From NCBI GenBank assembly GCA_963793865.1, contig CAWCBP010000011.1:96001-160000 (forward strand): a DNA stretch of 64,000 bases, in the 5' to 3' direction. The notes below the pieces were generated by a model. The model was not told the origin of the DNA, did no database searches, and was given only the letters and a program-made list of their open reading frames with translations. Both the position numbers and the translations under genes were made by a program. The stretch comes from an uncultured delta proteobacterium. Lineage in GTDB: Bacteria > Desulfobacterota > WTBG01. Positions 50,697-60,096 of this stretch are shown in pieces; position 1 is the stretch's first letter, and each line of letters begins with the position of its first letter.

Positions 50697-53094
50697 TTAA
50701 TTGATGACTTCATGTCGATTGCGGTAAAGTGCTTTCCTCTTAGTTTTCTCATCCCCGCTGAGAAATCGTGGTTTGAAGAGCAGCACCAGCACCGGAACCA
50801 TGAATATCGCCCCCAGGCAATTGAGAAAGAGGATGACTGCCAGCATCAGTCCCATCTGCGCCTGGAACTTGAAGGCGGACAGATCCAGACCAATAGCCCG
50901 GCAACCAGTGTGCCCGCGATGACATAATCGATTTTCCATAGGTCTGAATGGTGCGGGTCATGATCGTGTTAAGCGAGCTGGATGGATCACGTTTTTTTTC
51001 CTCGGTCCATCCGGGCGATGCAGTAAATCCCGTAGTCCACCCCCATGCCGATTCCTGCGGCCGACACCGGCAGGGTTGAAACCGAAAGGCCGATACTGCG
51101 TTATGGCCATATAGGCAAACGCCATGAAGTTGGAAAGCGCCAGGGGAAGGGTCAGGACAAGGCCTGCCGTGATGGACATGAAGTTAAGCGCGCAGAACAG
51201 GAATACGCCAAGAGGGCAATAGATAAGGGTCTGCACCTGCTTGGAAGCGACCATTTCATTGATGGCGGCCTCGGTACCGATAACCCCGCCTGCAAGACTG
51301 TATTGAAAGCCCTCCGGCAAATTGGAATATTCCTTGATATACTGCTTGGCGGTGGCGATGGCGCGATCGATGGTGGGGCCGGTTTTGTCCTTGTAGTATA
51401 CAACCACATTAGTCTGCATGATTTTGGGATCGATAAACTTGTTCATGTCCCCCGGCTCAAATGCGAAAAGCAGTCCTACCAGATTGGCGCTGGCAGCGGC
51501 GGGGTCATCCGCCAGGCCGATCCACTTGGGATCATCTTCGTGATATTTCTGGGGCATAATCATGAGCGGGGCGACGATGTTCTGAAAACCGGCAGCCCCG
51601 GAGTTTTTCATCATGTACTCGGAAAAGTTTTTAACATCCTCCATCACCCGGGGATTGGTCAGGGATCGCTGCTTATCTCCTTTAACCACAACGAAAAGAG
51701 GATTGATCAACGGCAGGTTCTGGTTGATGCGCACGCTGTCCTGATTATAGCGGGAACTGGGATAGAGCAGGTTTGAGCCGACCTGGGCATCGCCGATAAT
51801 CAGCTTTCCAGACCAGTAGTAGGAAAATCCAAGTATGATCAGTATGATGATGGATACGGTGTAAAGCCCCTTCTTCGAAATGAGCCAGGGGCCCAGCCAG
51901 TCGGCAAAGCGGTTGGCAAATCCCTCGCGCCGCTCATCGATGAGCCGTTCCCGTTCCATCTGCTCAACGAATTTGGGCGATATGGGGACATAGCTTAAAA
52001 GAACCGGCGTCAGAATGAGACCGACGATGACGGTTATGATGGACCAGAAGGCGCCGGCGATGGCGATGTTTTTTAGAACCGGTATGGGGGCAAGGGCGAC
52101 AATGGCAATGCCGAAGGCATCAGTGATAATGCTGGTCAGTCCGGCCATGAACATGTTTTCGATGATCACGCGTATGCCGGCCAGGTTGTCCTTGGTCTTG
52201 GCATATTCTTCGTAATAGCGGTTGTACAGCTGATGCGAATGGCGGAAGGCCATGAGCGAGATAAGAAAGGGCATGACAAAAATGAGCGGGTCGAGATTGT
52301 AGCGCATGATGCCCATGAATCCCAGTCCCCAGATGCCGGAAACGATACCGGCGAGGGGTACAATGATCGTGGCCCAGATGGAACGGTAGGCGAAAAAGAG
52401 CAGGATGGGAGATTACAATTGCCGTGCCCAGCATGATCAGGTTGATCATTCTGATCATGCTCGCCACCACCCCCAGGTGCATGGGATGCCCGACGATGGA
52501 AACGGTGGTGTTGCTGTCTTCGGTCTTCTTGCGCATCTCCTCAAGCTGTTTATACACAGCAGTATAATTCAAGTCTCCTTCAAAGAAATCCGCAAAGATG
52601 AGTGATTTCTTTGAGTCCAGGGAAACGTAGAAACCGTAGTAGGCCTCATTGGAGTAAATGGCATTCTTCAGGGTTTCCATTCCCTTGTCGTCTTTGGGAA
52701 CCTCGGGGTACATCAGGGCCACCGCCTCCAGGCCCCAGGAGGTAATCTGGGTGTTTTTAAGCTTGCGTGAGGCAATGGAGACTATCTTATAGCGGTCAAT
52801 ACCCGGCAGGCCTTCCAGCTCGTTGGTGAGGTAGCGGATCTTTTCCAGCGTCTCCCGGTTGAAGATGGTGCCGTCCTTGACGGACACCATAATGACCAGA
52901 AAGTTGGCCCCGCCGAAGACCTCGCGAAATTCATTGTGGATTTTTACGTAGGGGTGAGTCTGGGGAAGCAGGTCATTAAAGTTGGTGGCGACGGTGAGAT
53001 GCCGGCACTGGTAGCCGAAGTAGACGGTAATGACGGTGATGACGACCAGTACCAGCAACCGTCTGTTAATAATAAAATCCGCGAGTTTCTTCAT
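50697..53094 (-). CDS. MMPL/RND family transporter; several apparent frameshifts
   Basis: DLLPQTHP..FGGAN, TSIITDAFG, PVLLS, FKFQAQMG..LNCLGAIFMVPVL across ORFs 52120, 50958 and 50697. Confidence 0.85.
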
Positions 53095-53122
53095 AATAAC
53101 GCGCCAAACATATTAGGCTTTT

Positions 53123-53176
53123 CGGTAGGAGCGCCTTCAGGCGCGATGCATTCGCGGCTTGAAGCCGCTCCTACCG
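53123..53176. repeat. GTAG-family REP inverted doublet
   Basis: cggtaggagcgccttcaggcgcga tgcat tcgcggcttgaagccgctcctaccg. Confidence 0.8.
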
Positions 53177-53210
53177 GTTGTAATGATTGCTAAGAGAACG
53201 ATTCTCAGAG

Positions 53211-53663
53211 TTACTTTACAATTATTTTTCCCTTAATATCCGGTGGCTCAGCAGGTATGGCTGCAAGTTTGCGCGGTTCCCGTTTTACCACGTATTCAAA
53301 CTCTCCCGCTTCAGTAAAGCACAGGCTTGCAACGGTACCCCGGAAAATCTTTTCCGATACATAGGTGCCACGATTATCAACCACAAAGCGCACCGGGCTC
53401 CCGCAGGCCAGGGTGACCTGTTTATCGGTGAACTCAATCTCCGCGAGGCTCTTGGATTCGTTGATCCAGATCACGGTGGTGCCGGGCTGGACGGTGAGCT
53501 GCTGCGGCTCAACCCCCCCCTTCTCGTAGAGACGAACGATTTTGTGCTGCAATTCCGGTGTTGCTTCCGTATCCACCCCATATGCCGTTTGCACGGAGAT
53601 AAAACTGATGATGCAGAAGAGCGCACACAGAGCCGTCACCATGTTCCCATTTGCTTTTAGCAT
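53211..53663 (-). CDS. Exported cupredoxin-like protein lacking type-1 copper ligands
   Basis: Signal peptide; EPQQLTVQPGTTVIWIN, FTEAGEFEY, terminal KGKIIVK. Confidence 0.65.
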   Translation of the reverse strand: MLKANGNMVTALCALFCIISFISVQTAYGVDTEATPELQHKIVRLYEKGGVEPQQLTVQPGTTVIWINESKSLAEIEFTDKQVTLACGSPVRFVVDNRGTYVSEKIFRGTVASLCFTEAGEFEYVVKREPRKLAAIPAEPPDIKGKIIVK

Positions 53664-53744
53664 AACACAACCCCCTTTCTTGTCTTTGACTGAAAGAATA
53701 CTGACCGGTTAAGGCGTTAAGAAAAATTGATTGTCATCTGTCTG

Positions 53745-54806
53745 CTATTGTTCAATTAAAAGGGGAATGCCGGATAACATCTTCCAGCTCCCCCCGCCGT
53801 CTTCGGTTTTGATGATTGTGCCTCGGGAACCGACTGCCCAGCCGGTTGTCGCGTCGGAAAAATCCATGTCCCGCAGCCAAAACTTGGTGTTGGTGGCATC
53901 CTCAGGCCGCTCCCAGGTCAGGCCACCGTCCTTAGAATGGATGTAAACCCCTTTCTGTCCGACCACCCACACTGTGCTGCTGTGTGCGGCGATTTTGTAA
54001 AAAGTCAGTCTTTCCTGTTCCAGGGGGTTCTTGACTTTCTTCCAGGTGACGCCGCCGTCGTTCGTGGCAATGGTGACGCTGTCCATGCCTGATGCCCAGC
54101 CATGGAGCGTATCAGTGAAGCAGATGCTGTACAGGGAAGGGGTCGGGGTTTCCCATTGCGTCTCATCCACCTTGCAGATTATATCCTGGCACATTTGCAG
54201 CTCCCAGGTGGAGCCTGAGTTCTGCGTGTGATAAATCAGCCCGTACTCACCCGCGACCCATGCGTTCTGCCGGTCTACACAAAAGATGTCATTATAAATT
54301 CTGTCCTCACCCGATCCCTGGGAAACCCAATTTGCGCCGCCGTCGGCAGTGTGCAGGATGGTGCCGAATTCTCCCACCGCCCAGCCGCAGGTTCATCGGC
54401 AAAGTCAATCCCGAAAAGCTGGCGGCTGGTGCCGCTTGACTGCGGTTGCCAGGTTCTTCCCGCCGTCCTTTGTATGCAGGATGGTCCCTCGGGCACCCGC
54501 TATCCAGCCGGTCTGAGGATTGACAAACGAGACATCATAGAGAGGAGCAGTTACGCCGCCATTCTGGATTTCCCACTTTGCACCCCCGCCGCAGCTGTGC
54601 ACGATTATGGCGTTGAATCCGACGACCCAGGCATTGTTGGAATCAGGGGCGCTGACGGCGAAAAGATTTTCACCGGTAACCATGGGGAAGGGAGCTTGTT
54701 GAGCGACGGGCTGTTTTTCAGGCCCGCATCCGGCGAAGAGGATGACAAGGATGGTTATAATTGAATGGAATGAAAGCAGGTTGTCTTTTAAGCGCCAGGG
54801 ATTCAC
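53745..54806 (-). CDS. YCF48/BNR-repeat lipoprotein; apparent frameshifts near 54390-54440
   Basis: LFAGC lipobox; repeated GWxxG..G.I.hT.DGG.tW. Confidence 0.85.
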
Positions 54807-54946
54807 AGTGAAGTCCGCAGCGGATAGTGTATGCGTAGATTAAAAATTTTTAATACTGCATTCATCTAAGCATATTAATTCGCGTGGTGCAAGTTTTTTT
54901 TAAATTATTTTAGTCTTTAAACTCATTTAATGACCGCAGTCAGCAC

Positions 54947-54985
54947 AAAAGCCGATTTGCATGAATCGCTGAGCAAACCGGCTTT
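54947..54985 (-). terminator. Putative terminator after the FDBR-like gene
   Basis: aaagccgatttgc / gcaaaccggcttt stem; T-rich on the minus strand. Confidence 0.55.
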
Positions 54986-55022
54986 CTGACGCTTTACCTC
55001 TTTGATGGTAAGAATGAACCCC

Positions 55023-55832
55023 CTAGTCCAGGCCGAACATCACCGTGCGGACGTATTCCTTCTGCTTCTCGGGCCCGAGGAGGGTTTTGAAGACATTTAC
55101 CGCGGGACCGCCCTTGGCAATGAGGGTGTCGACATACCATTCCATGCCCGCCTTGACCTTTGCGCTCTCTTCGGCGCCCAGCGGCTGCGCATTCTTCGCC
55201 ATATCGAGATAGGTGTTGAGATATGAGGTGTAGACATCAAAGAGCAGATCGTCGCGGGTGCGGTCCGCGCGGCTGTGGATGCTCACATCCCGCACCGCTT
55301 CTTCCGCCCACTCCATGGATACTTCCATTTTTTCCAGGGTGCCCTCCGCCGGCTTCAGGGAGCGCATCTTCGCGTAGCCCGCTTCAAGGTTGTCGTCCCT
55401 GATGCCTGCCGGGTCAATAAGCTCGATGACAAAGACCCTTTTGCCTCCCATGAAAATGATATCCACCGAGAGCATGGGCAGATTATAATTATAGTTGGGG
55501 AGGATGAGCAGGGTATACATCTTCATGAAGATCATGAGCGAGGCGTCGAGGTTGTTGATGCGCTTGAACTTATCAGTCTGCCAGGCCTCAATGGCGAATC
55601 TGAGCAGCTTCAGCCCCTTCCAGGGATGAACGATCCGGTACTCCTCCCTGATGGGATAGGGGGCGAGCGGAAGGGCCTGTGCCAGGACATCCTCGGTGTA
55701 GCGGTCATACTTCTCGTACATACGCTGCCCCTCGCTGCGCGCCTTGATGATGAGAGGGGCGGCGACGAGCGCGGCCAGGATGACGATTCCCGCCAGGGTG
55801 TAAGCGAGGTATTTTATTATTTTAAGCGCCAT
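55023..55832 (-). CDS. Ferredoxin-dependent bilin reductase-like protein with N-terminal TM anchor
   Basis: WQTDKFKRI, ILPNYNYNLPMLSVDII, YLNTYLDM, GPAVNVFKTLLGPEKQKEYVRTVMFG parallel the PebA/PebB/HY2 core and C-terminus. Confidence 0.72.
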   Translation of the reverse strand: MALKIIKYLAYTLAGIVILAALVAAPLIIKARSEGQRMYEKYDRYTEDVLAQALPLAPYPIREEYRIVHPWKGLKLLRFAIEAWQTDKFKRINNLDASLMIFMKMYTLLILPNYNYNLPMLSVDIIFMGGKRVFVIELIDPAGIRDDNLEAGYAKMRSLKPAEGTLEKMEVSMEWAEEAVRDVSIHSRADRTRDDLLFDVYTSYLNTYLDMAKNAQPLGAEESAKVKAGMEWYVDTLIAKGGPAVNVFKTLLGPEKQKEYVRTVMFGLD

Positions 55833-55880
55833 GGTTGTTCCCCATGTGGTAAAGGCACGGTTACCCGGCTGTTGCAGGGA

Positions 55881-57011
55881 TCATTGCATGCGGGCAATGA
55901 TTTCCTGAATGGTCTGCCGCTGCTCTCCCTCGATCTTTCTTCCTTCCGCCCAGAGCAGTTCCTCCGCCTTGGCAACATCCGCCTCCGCGCCTTTTCTGGC
56001 GTCGGGCTTTTCGTAGGAGCGGAATGATATGTGCACGTTCCCGGGGTCCTCGGTGAGCACCGCGGCGACCACATGAAGGGTATGCTCCGTGCCGTCATAT
56101 GATTTCACCGCATGATAATAAATATTAAAGGGGGATTTTTTCTGTTCCTGGAGGTTGATGCCCTGCTGCTGCGCCCAGGTCTCGAGGAGCGAAATTGCAT
56201 TTTCCATGGTGCTCCTGATGCGTGAGCGGGTATAAAAGATCCGGTCCGTGCTGTGGTGTTCATTGTAGGGCTTGGGCTTGAATTTTGCTTTTGAAGGGTC
56301 GGCCAGCGATCCCGGCTGGAGGGATGTCCAGTATCCCCGGTACTGTTCCACGTCCTCCCGCATCGGGAGGCCAAGAATAGTGGTCCTGATTTCGTTGGCA
56401 AAGACCTCCACGCGCTCCACCATGAGCGATTCCCAGATATCCAGCCCCTGCCAGGGAGCGCCTTCCTTTGCCAGCTTGCCCAGGAGCCAGGTAAATAAGG
56501 TATCCTTGGTGTTCATCTTAGTCAGCACCTGACGGCCGCCGAATCCCCCGATCACCACCGGCTTAACCGCGGGGTATTTTTCCATGATGTCGGAAAGGTA
56601 ATTCCGCCCGGCGATGAGGTGGGGCGTGCCTCCGGGGGTCTTGAGAATCTGGGTCTCGTCGTTGTCACCGCAGGTAAGAAAATAGGCCACCTCTTTTCTG
56701 GAAAGCTCGTCCTGGTTCGCCTCCACAAATTTGTAGATTTCCGGCGCGGGTTTTTCATTCCTGATCAAACTGCCGATGATCACGTAGTCGTAGGGCTTGA
56801 TGGTGATAATCTGGCTGAGCGGCTTCACATCCAGCAGGTTTTCGGGACCGATAAGCTGCTTGATCCAGTAGGCAACCTCGACGGTTGAACCGTAGATGGA
56901 GCTGTATACCAGCAGTCCCTTCTTGCCTTCGGCAGGTGCTGCCGGGGGGGTGATGAGTGCTGCCAGCATGAGCAGCACAACGATGTAAAAGGTTCTGGTC
57001 TTGAGTTTCAT
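55881..57011 (-). CDS. Exported flavodoxin_5 (HemG-like) domain protein with unknown C-terminal domain
   Basis: Signal peptide; LLVYSSIYGSTVEVA, YDYVIIGS, VAYFLTC, GFGG. Confidence 0.75.
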   Translation of the reverse strand: MKLKTRTFYIVVLLMLAALITPPAAPAEGKKGLLVYSSIYGSTVEVAYWIKQLIGPENLLDVKPLSQIITIKPYDYVIIGSLIRNEKPAPEIYKFVEANQDELSRKEVAYFLTCGDNDETQILKTPGGTPHLIAGRNYLSDIMEKYPAVKPVVIGGFGGRQVLTKMNTKDTLFTWLLGKLAKEGAPWQGLDIWESLMVERVEVFANEIRTTILGLPMREDVEQYRGYWTSLQPGSLADPSKAKFKPKPYNEHHSTDRIFYTRSRIRSTMENAISLLETWAQQQGINLQEQKKSPFNIYYHAVKSYDGTEHTLHVVAAVLTEDPGNVHISFRSYEKPDARKGAEADVAKAEELLWAEGRKIEGEQRQTIQEIIARMQ

Positions 57012-57053
57012 GACTTCCCTCCTTTGTTGCCGGTGCGTGTTGGTTTTTTAAGC

Positions 57054-58419
57054 TCAGATGGTAAAGTTGCAGTGAAAGCCCGACCTGATGGTGTTCCGCA
57101 GGACCACGTGCGCGGGGATAGGAGCTGAATTCCTCGATTTTTTTCAGCAGCTCCGGCCTTTGCTTCTTGAATGGTGGGGATGACTTTGGCCATGGCAACT
57201 GGCCCATGAGCGCCGGAATCTCGTAGGGGTCCAGCACGGTGGGAAGCGTCTCGTTGATGATGCTGAAGAGATAGTCAATTTCGCCGTCCGAACAGAGCAT
57301 GGGCATGTACAGGTTCTTGAGGAACACATTGTAATCCAGCTTGTCGAGGTAGGCGGATTTCCACCACGTGAGATAGGGCGCCATGCCCGCCGCGTTGTAC
57401 TGCTTCTCCTGCATGGCAAAGACCACGGTATTCCCGGCCTTCCAGCCGCTCATCACCGCGCCGGTCATCTCGGCTTCCTGGCACCAGCCCGCATCACCCA
57501 CAAAGAGCACATTGTCCTTATAGGGGTAAAACAGGGGGGCATACATGTTGCCGGTGCAGCCGCACCGGCGAATCTTGCGGGCCTTTTTGAACCAGGGGGC
57601 AAACCTGCTCCGCTGCGTCAATTCATCAAAGACGCCTTCATGGTCCGCCTGCATGTTAACATTTGATATCATCACCAGCCACACGTCTTCCCCTTCATGG
57701 TCCCAGGCGCGCGGACAGATGAACCCCATCATGGGCGGATCACCGCTTTTGAACAGCGGCTGATGGAGCGCGTAGGGATGTTCCAGGGTGAGGTTGGTCA
57801 TCTCGTACCCGATGGAGGTGACCGTGGCGTAAAGCCGGCGGCCCCTGTTCATGCCCATGCTGCGGGCCATCCGTGACTGTCGCCCGTCGGCGGCGATGAC
57901 GAACATGCCTTTGAACGCCCGGCCTCCGGCCGTGTAGACCACGACCCCTTGGCCGTCCTTTGCCGCACGGATGACGTTCTGCCCGGTGAACAGCTTAACC
58001 CCGAGGCGCCTGCATTCTTCGGTCAAACCGGCCAGGAGGCGGCCCTTGTGATATACCGCGCTGGCCCGGCCCGCCCGACCTTTTTGGACATTGGCCGTAT
58101 AGTTGCCGAAGGTGATGCTTTCCCCGCCGGGTGAGTAAATTTCCCAGGCGAAAAAATCCTTGGTGGGGCCGTCGTATTTCAGGCTGAACCCGTGATGGGG
58201 AAAGCCCAGCACGCCGCTTTGTTCGTTGTGGGTAAGACGTTCCCCCATGTAGTTCCCGGTGAGGGTGACCAGCATCATGCCGCACATCCTCAGGATGTCC
58301 GAGGGGCTGTCCTTCCGCTCGAGCAGGGCAACCGAAAGCCCGTTTTCCGCCGCCATCTTGGCCGCGGTCAGTCCGGCAGGTCCGGCACCGACTACGACGA
58401 GATCATAGGTCTTGCTCAT
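57054..58419 (-). CDS. GGR/FixC-family FAD-dependent oxidoreductase; frameshifts near the 3' end
   Basis: YDLVVVGAGPAG, VIAADG, LFVGDAG; reconstructed end ..LRNTIRSGFHCNFTI* at 57054. Confidence 0.85.
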
Positions 58420-58456
58420 AGTGTCTCTTCCTCCTGTAAAATGAATAAAAGAACCT

Positions 58457-59086
58457 TTACGCGGCCGGCCCCTCCGGTTGTATCATGCCTTCCAATACGA
58501 GATCAAGCCGCTGAAAAAGATCCTCAGATGTCATGCTATAGCTTTTTTTAATCAGGCAGTCAATGATAAAAAGGGTGAAAATCCCTTCCAGCATGGTTGC
58601 CAGCTTGAGCGCCGGCACATCGCTTCGCATCTGGCCCTGCTGCTGCCCCTTGTCTATGATCAGGGAGAGGGACTGCCTGAAATCATCAAAAAAGAGGCCG
58701 TTGTACTCTTTGTTGTTGAAGCTTGATAAATTCTTAAGCAGTATGGCCCGGGTAATTTCCTGGTTCTGGGCGGCAATGCGGGCGGTGGCGGCAAATACCT
58801 TGTTGATCTTTGTTTTCATCGGTGCGTCGGTGGAGACAATTTCCTGGCACTTTTTCCTCAGGAAGGGAATCTTTTTCTTGAAAATCTCGACCAGCACATC
58901 CTCCTTGCGGGGGAAGTAATTGAAGAAGGTGCTCTGGGCGATGTCGATCTTCTCGGTAATATCTTCGACGGAGGTATTCTCAAACCCCTTCTCATTGAAG
59001 AGCTTTTGTGCCACCGTGAAGATGGCATCCCGCGTGGCCTGCTTCTTCCGTTCTCTCCGCCTGACCGGTGTGCGCTTGCCGAACAT
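58457..59086 (-). CDS. TetR/AcrR family transcriptional regulator
   Basis: RRERKKQATRDAI..LFNEKGFENTSVEDI..STFFNYFPRKE. Confidence 0.93.
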   Translation of the reverse strand: MFGKRTPVRRRERKKQATRDAIFTVAQKLFNEKGFENTSVEDITEKIDIAQSTFFNYFPRKEDVLVEIFKKKIPFLRKKCQEIVSTDAPMKTKINKVFAATARIAAQNQEITRAILLKNLSSFNNKEYNGLFFDDFRQSLSLIIDKGQQQGQMRSDVPALKLATMLEGIFTLFIIDCLIKKSYSMTSEDLFQRLDLVLEGMIQPEGPAA

Positions 59087-59152
59087 TGGTTTCTTTTCAG
59101 GTGATGTGGTTATGACGTGGGAATAAACTGCCAATAAGCTGCTCAAACATTT

Positions 59153-59191
59153 ATAAGTGCACTCATATATCGTAACCGGAAGTGATGTCAA
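59153..59191 (-). promoter_or_regulatory. Palindrome ATAAGTGCACTCAT (putative TetR autoregulatory operator) with upstream TTGACA
   Basis: 13/14 identity to 39264-39277; tgtcaa at 59186-59191. Confidence 0.7.
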
Positions 59192-59328
59192 GAAAATTTG
59201 TTTCCACCCCGGCACGCATCGTCCCCCTCAGCGGGTAATGCGTTGACTTTTAGGCGGGGAGCTACTACTATAGCATATGCCCGACACGGGACAGAAGAGA
59301 AACGGTGAGGGAACAGGGGGCGTGGGCC

Positions 59329-60096
59329 ATGAAAATTGCGGTTACCGGCAAAGGGGGCGTGGGAAAGACGACCGTAGCAGCGGCGCTCTGCTATGCCTTC
59401 GCTGAAAAAGGCTATACGGTTGTGGCCATCGACGCCGACCCGGATGCGAATCTGGCTTCGGCCCTGGGCATCCCGGCGGATATCCATCCGGCGCCCATCA
59501 GCACGCTTGCCGACCTGATTGAGGAGCGCACCGGTGCGCGGCCGGGCGCCTCCGGCGGCATGTTCAAATTAAATCCGAAGGTTGATGACCTGCCGGAAAA
59601 ACTGTGGGTGGAGCATAACGGGATCCGGCTGATGGTCATGGGATCGGTAAAGAAGGGGGGAGGCGGATGCGTGTGCCCGGAGAGCGTCCTGCTCAAGTCG
59701 CTCGTGCAGCACCTTATACTTTACAGGAAGGAAGTGGTCATCATGGATATGGAGGCGGGCGTTGAGCACCTTGGCCGTGCCACCGCCCAGGCGGTGAATC
59801 ACTTTATGGTAGTGCTGGAACCGGGAATGCGCAGCATTGAGACGGCTCGCCAGATAAAGAAGCTGGCTCATGATATCGGCATAAAAAGCGTATACGGGAT
59901 TGGCAATAAGATCCGCAGGCAGTCCGACCGGGATTTTTTTCGGGAGGCGGCTGCCGACATTCCTATCCTCGCGTACATTCCCTATGATGAAAAAATCATC
60001 GAAGCGGACCTCACCCGGAGCTCCATCTGGCAGGAGGGCCGGGAAGTTGTGGCGGAAGTGAGGAGGCTGGTGAGCAGCCTGGCCGGGGATGGATAA
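59329..60096 (+). CDS. cooC: CODH/ACS nickel-insertion ATPase CooC/AcsF
   Basis: GKGGVGKT, IDADPDANL, GGGCVCPE, DMEAGVEHLGR. Confidence 0.9.
   Translation: MKIAVTGKGGVGKTTVAAALCYAFAEKGYTVVAIDADPDANLASALGIPADIHPAPISTLADLIEERTGARPGASGGMFKLNPKVDDLPEKLWVEHNGIRLMVMGSVKKGGGGCVCPESVLLKSLVQHLILYRKEVVIMDMEAGVEHLGRATAQAVNHFMVVLEPGMRSIETARQIKKLAHDIGIKSVYGIGNKIRRQSDRDFFREAAADIPILAYIPYDEKIIEADLTRSSIWQEGREVVAEVRRLVSSLAGDG

Noticed and set aside
55023..57011. Naming these genes pcyA/pebA/pebB and hemG, or inferring phototrophy
   Set aside because: Export signals, extra domains, and no heme oxygenase, phycobiliprotein or photosynthesis genes in the window; YCF48 here belongs to the generic uptake cassette.
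56755..57053. Apparent 554-aa flavoprotein overlapping the flavodoxin gene by about 250 bp
   Set aside because: The extension is out-of-frame read-through from 3' indels; a natural stop is reconstructed at 57054.
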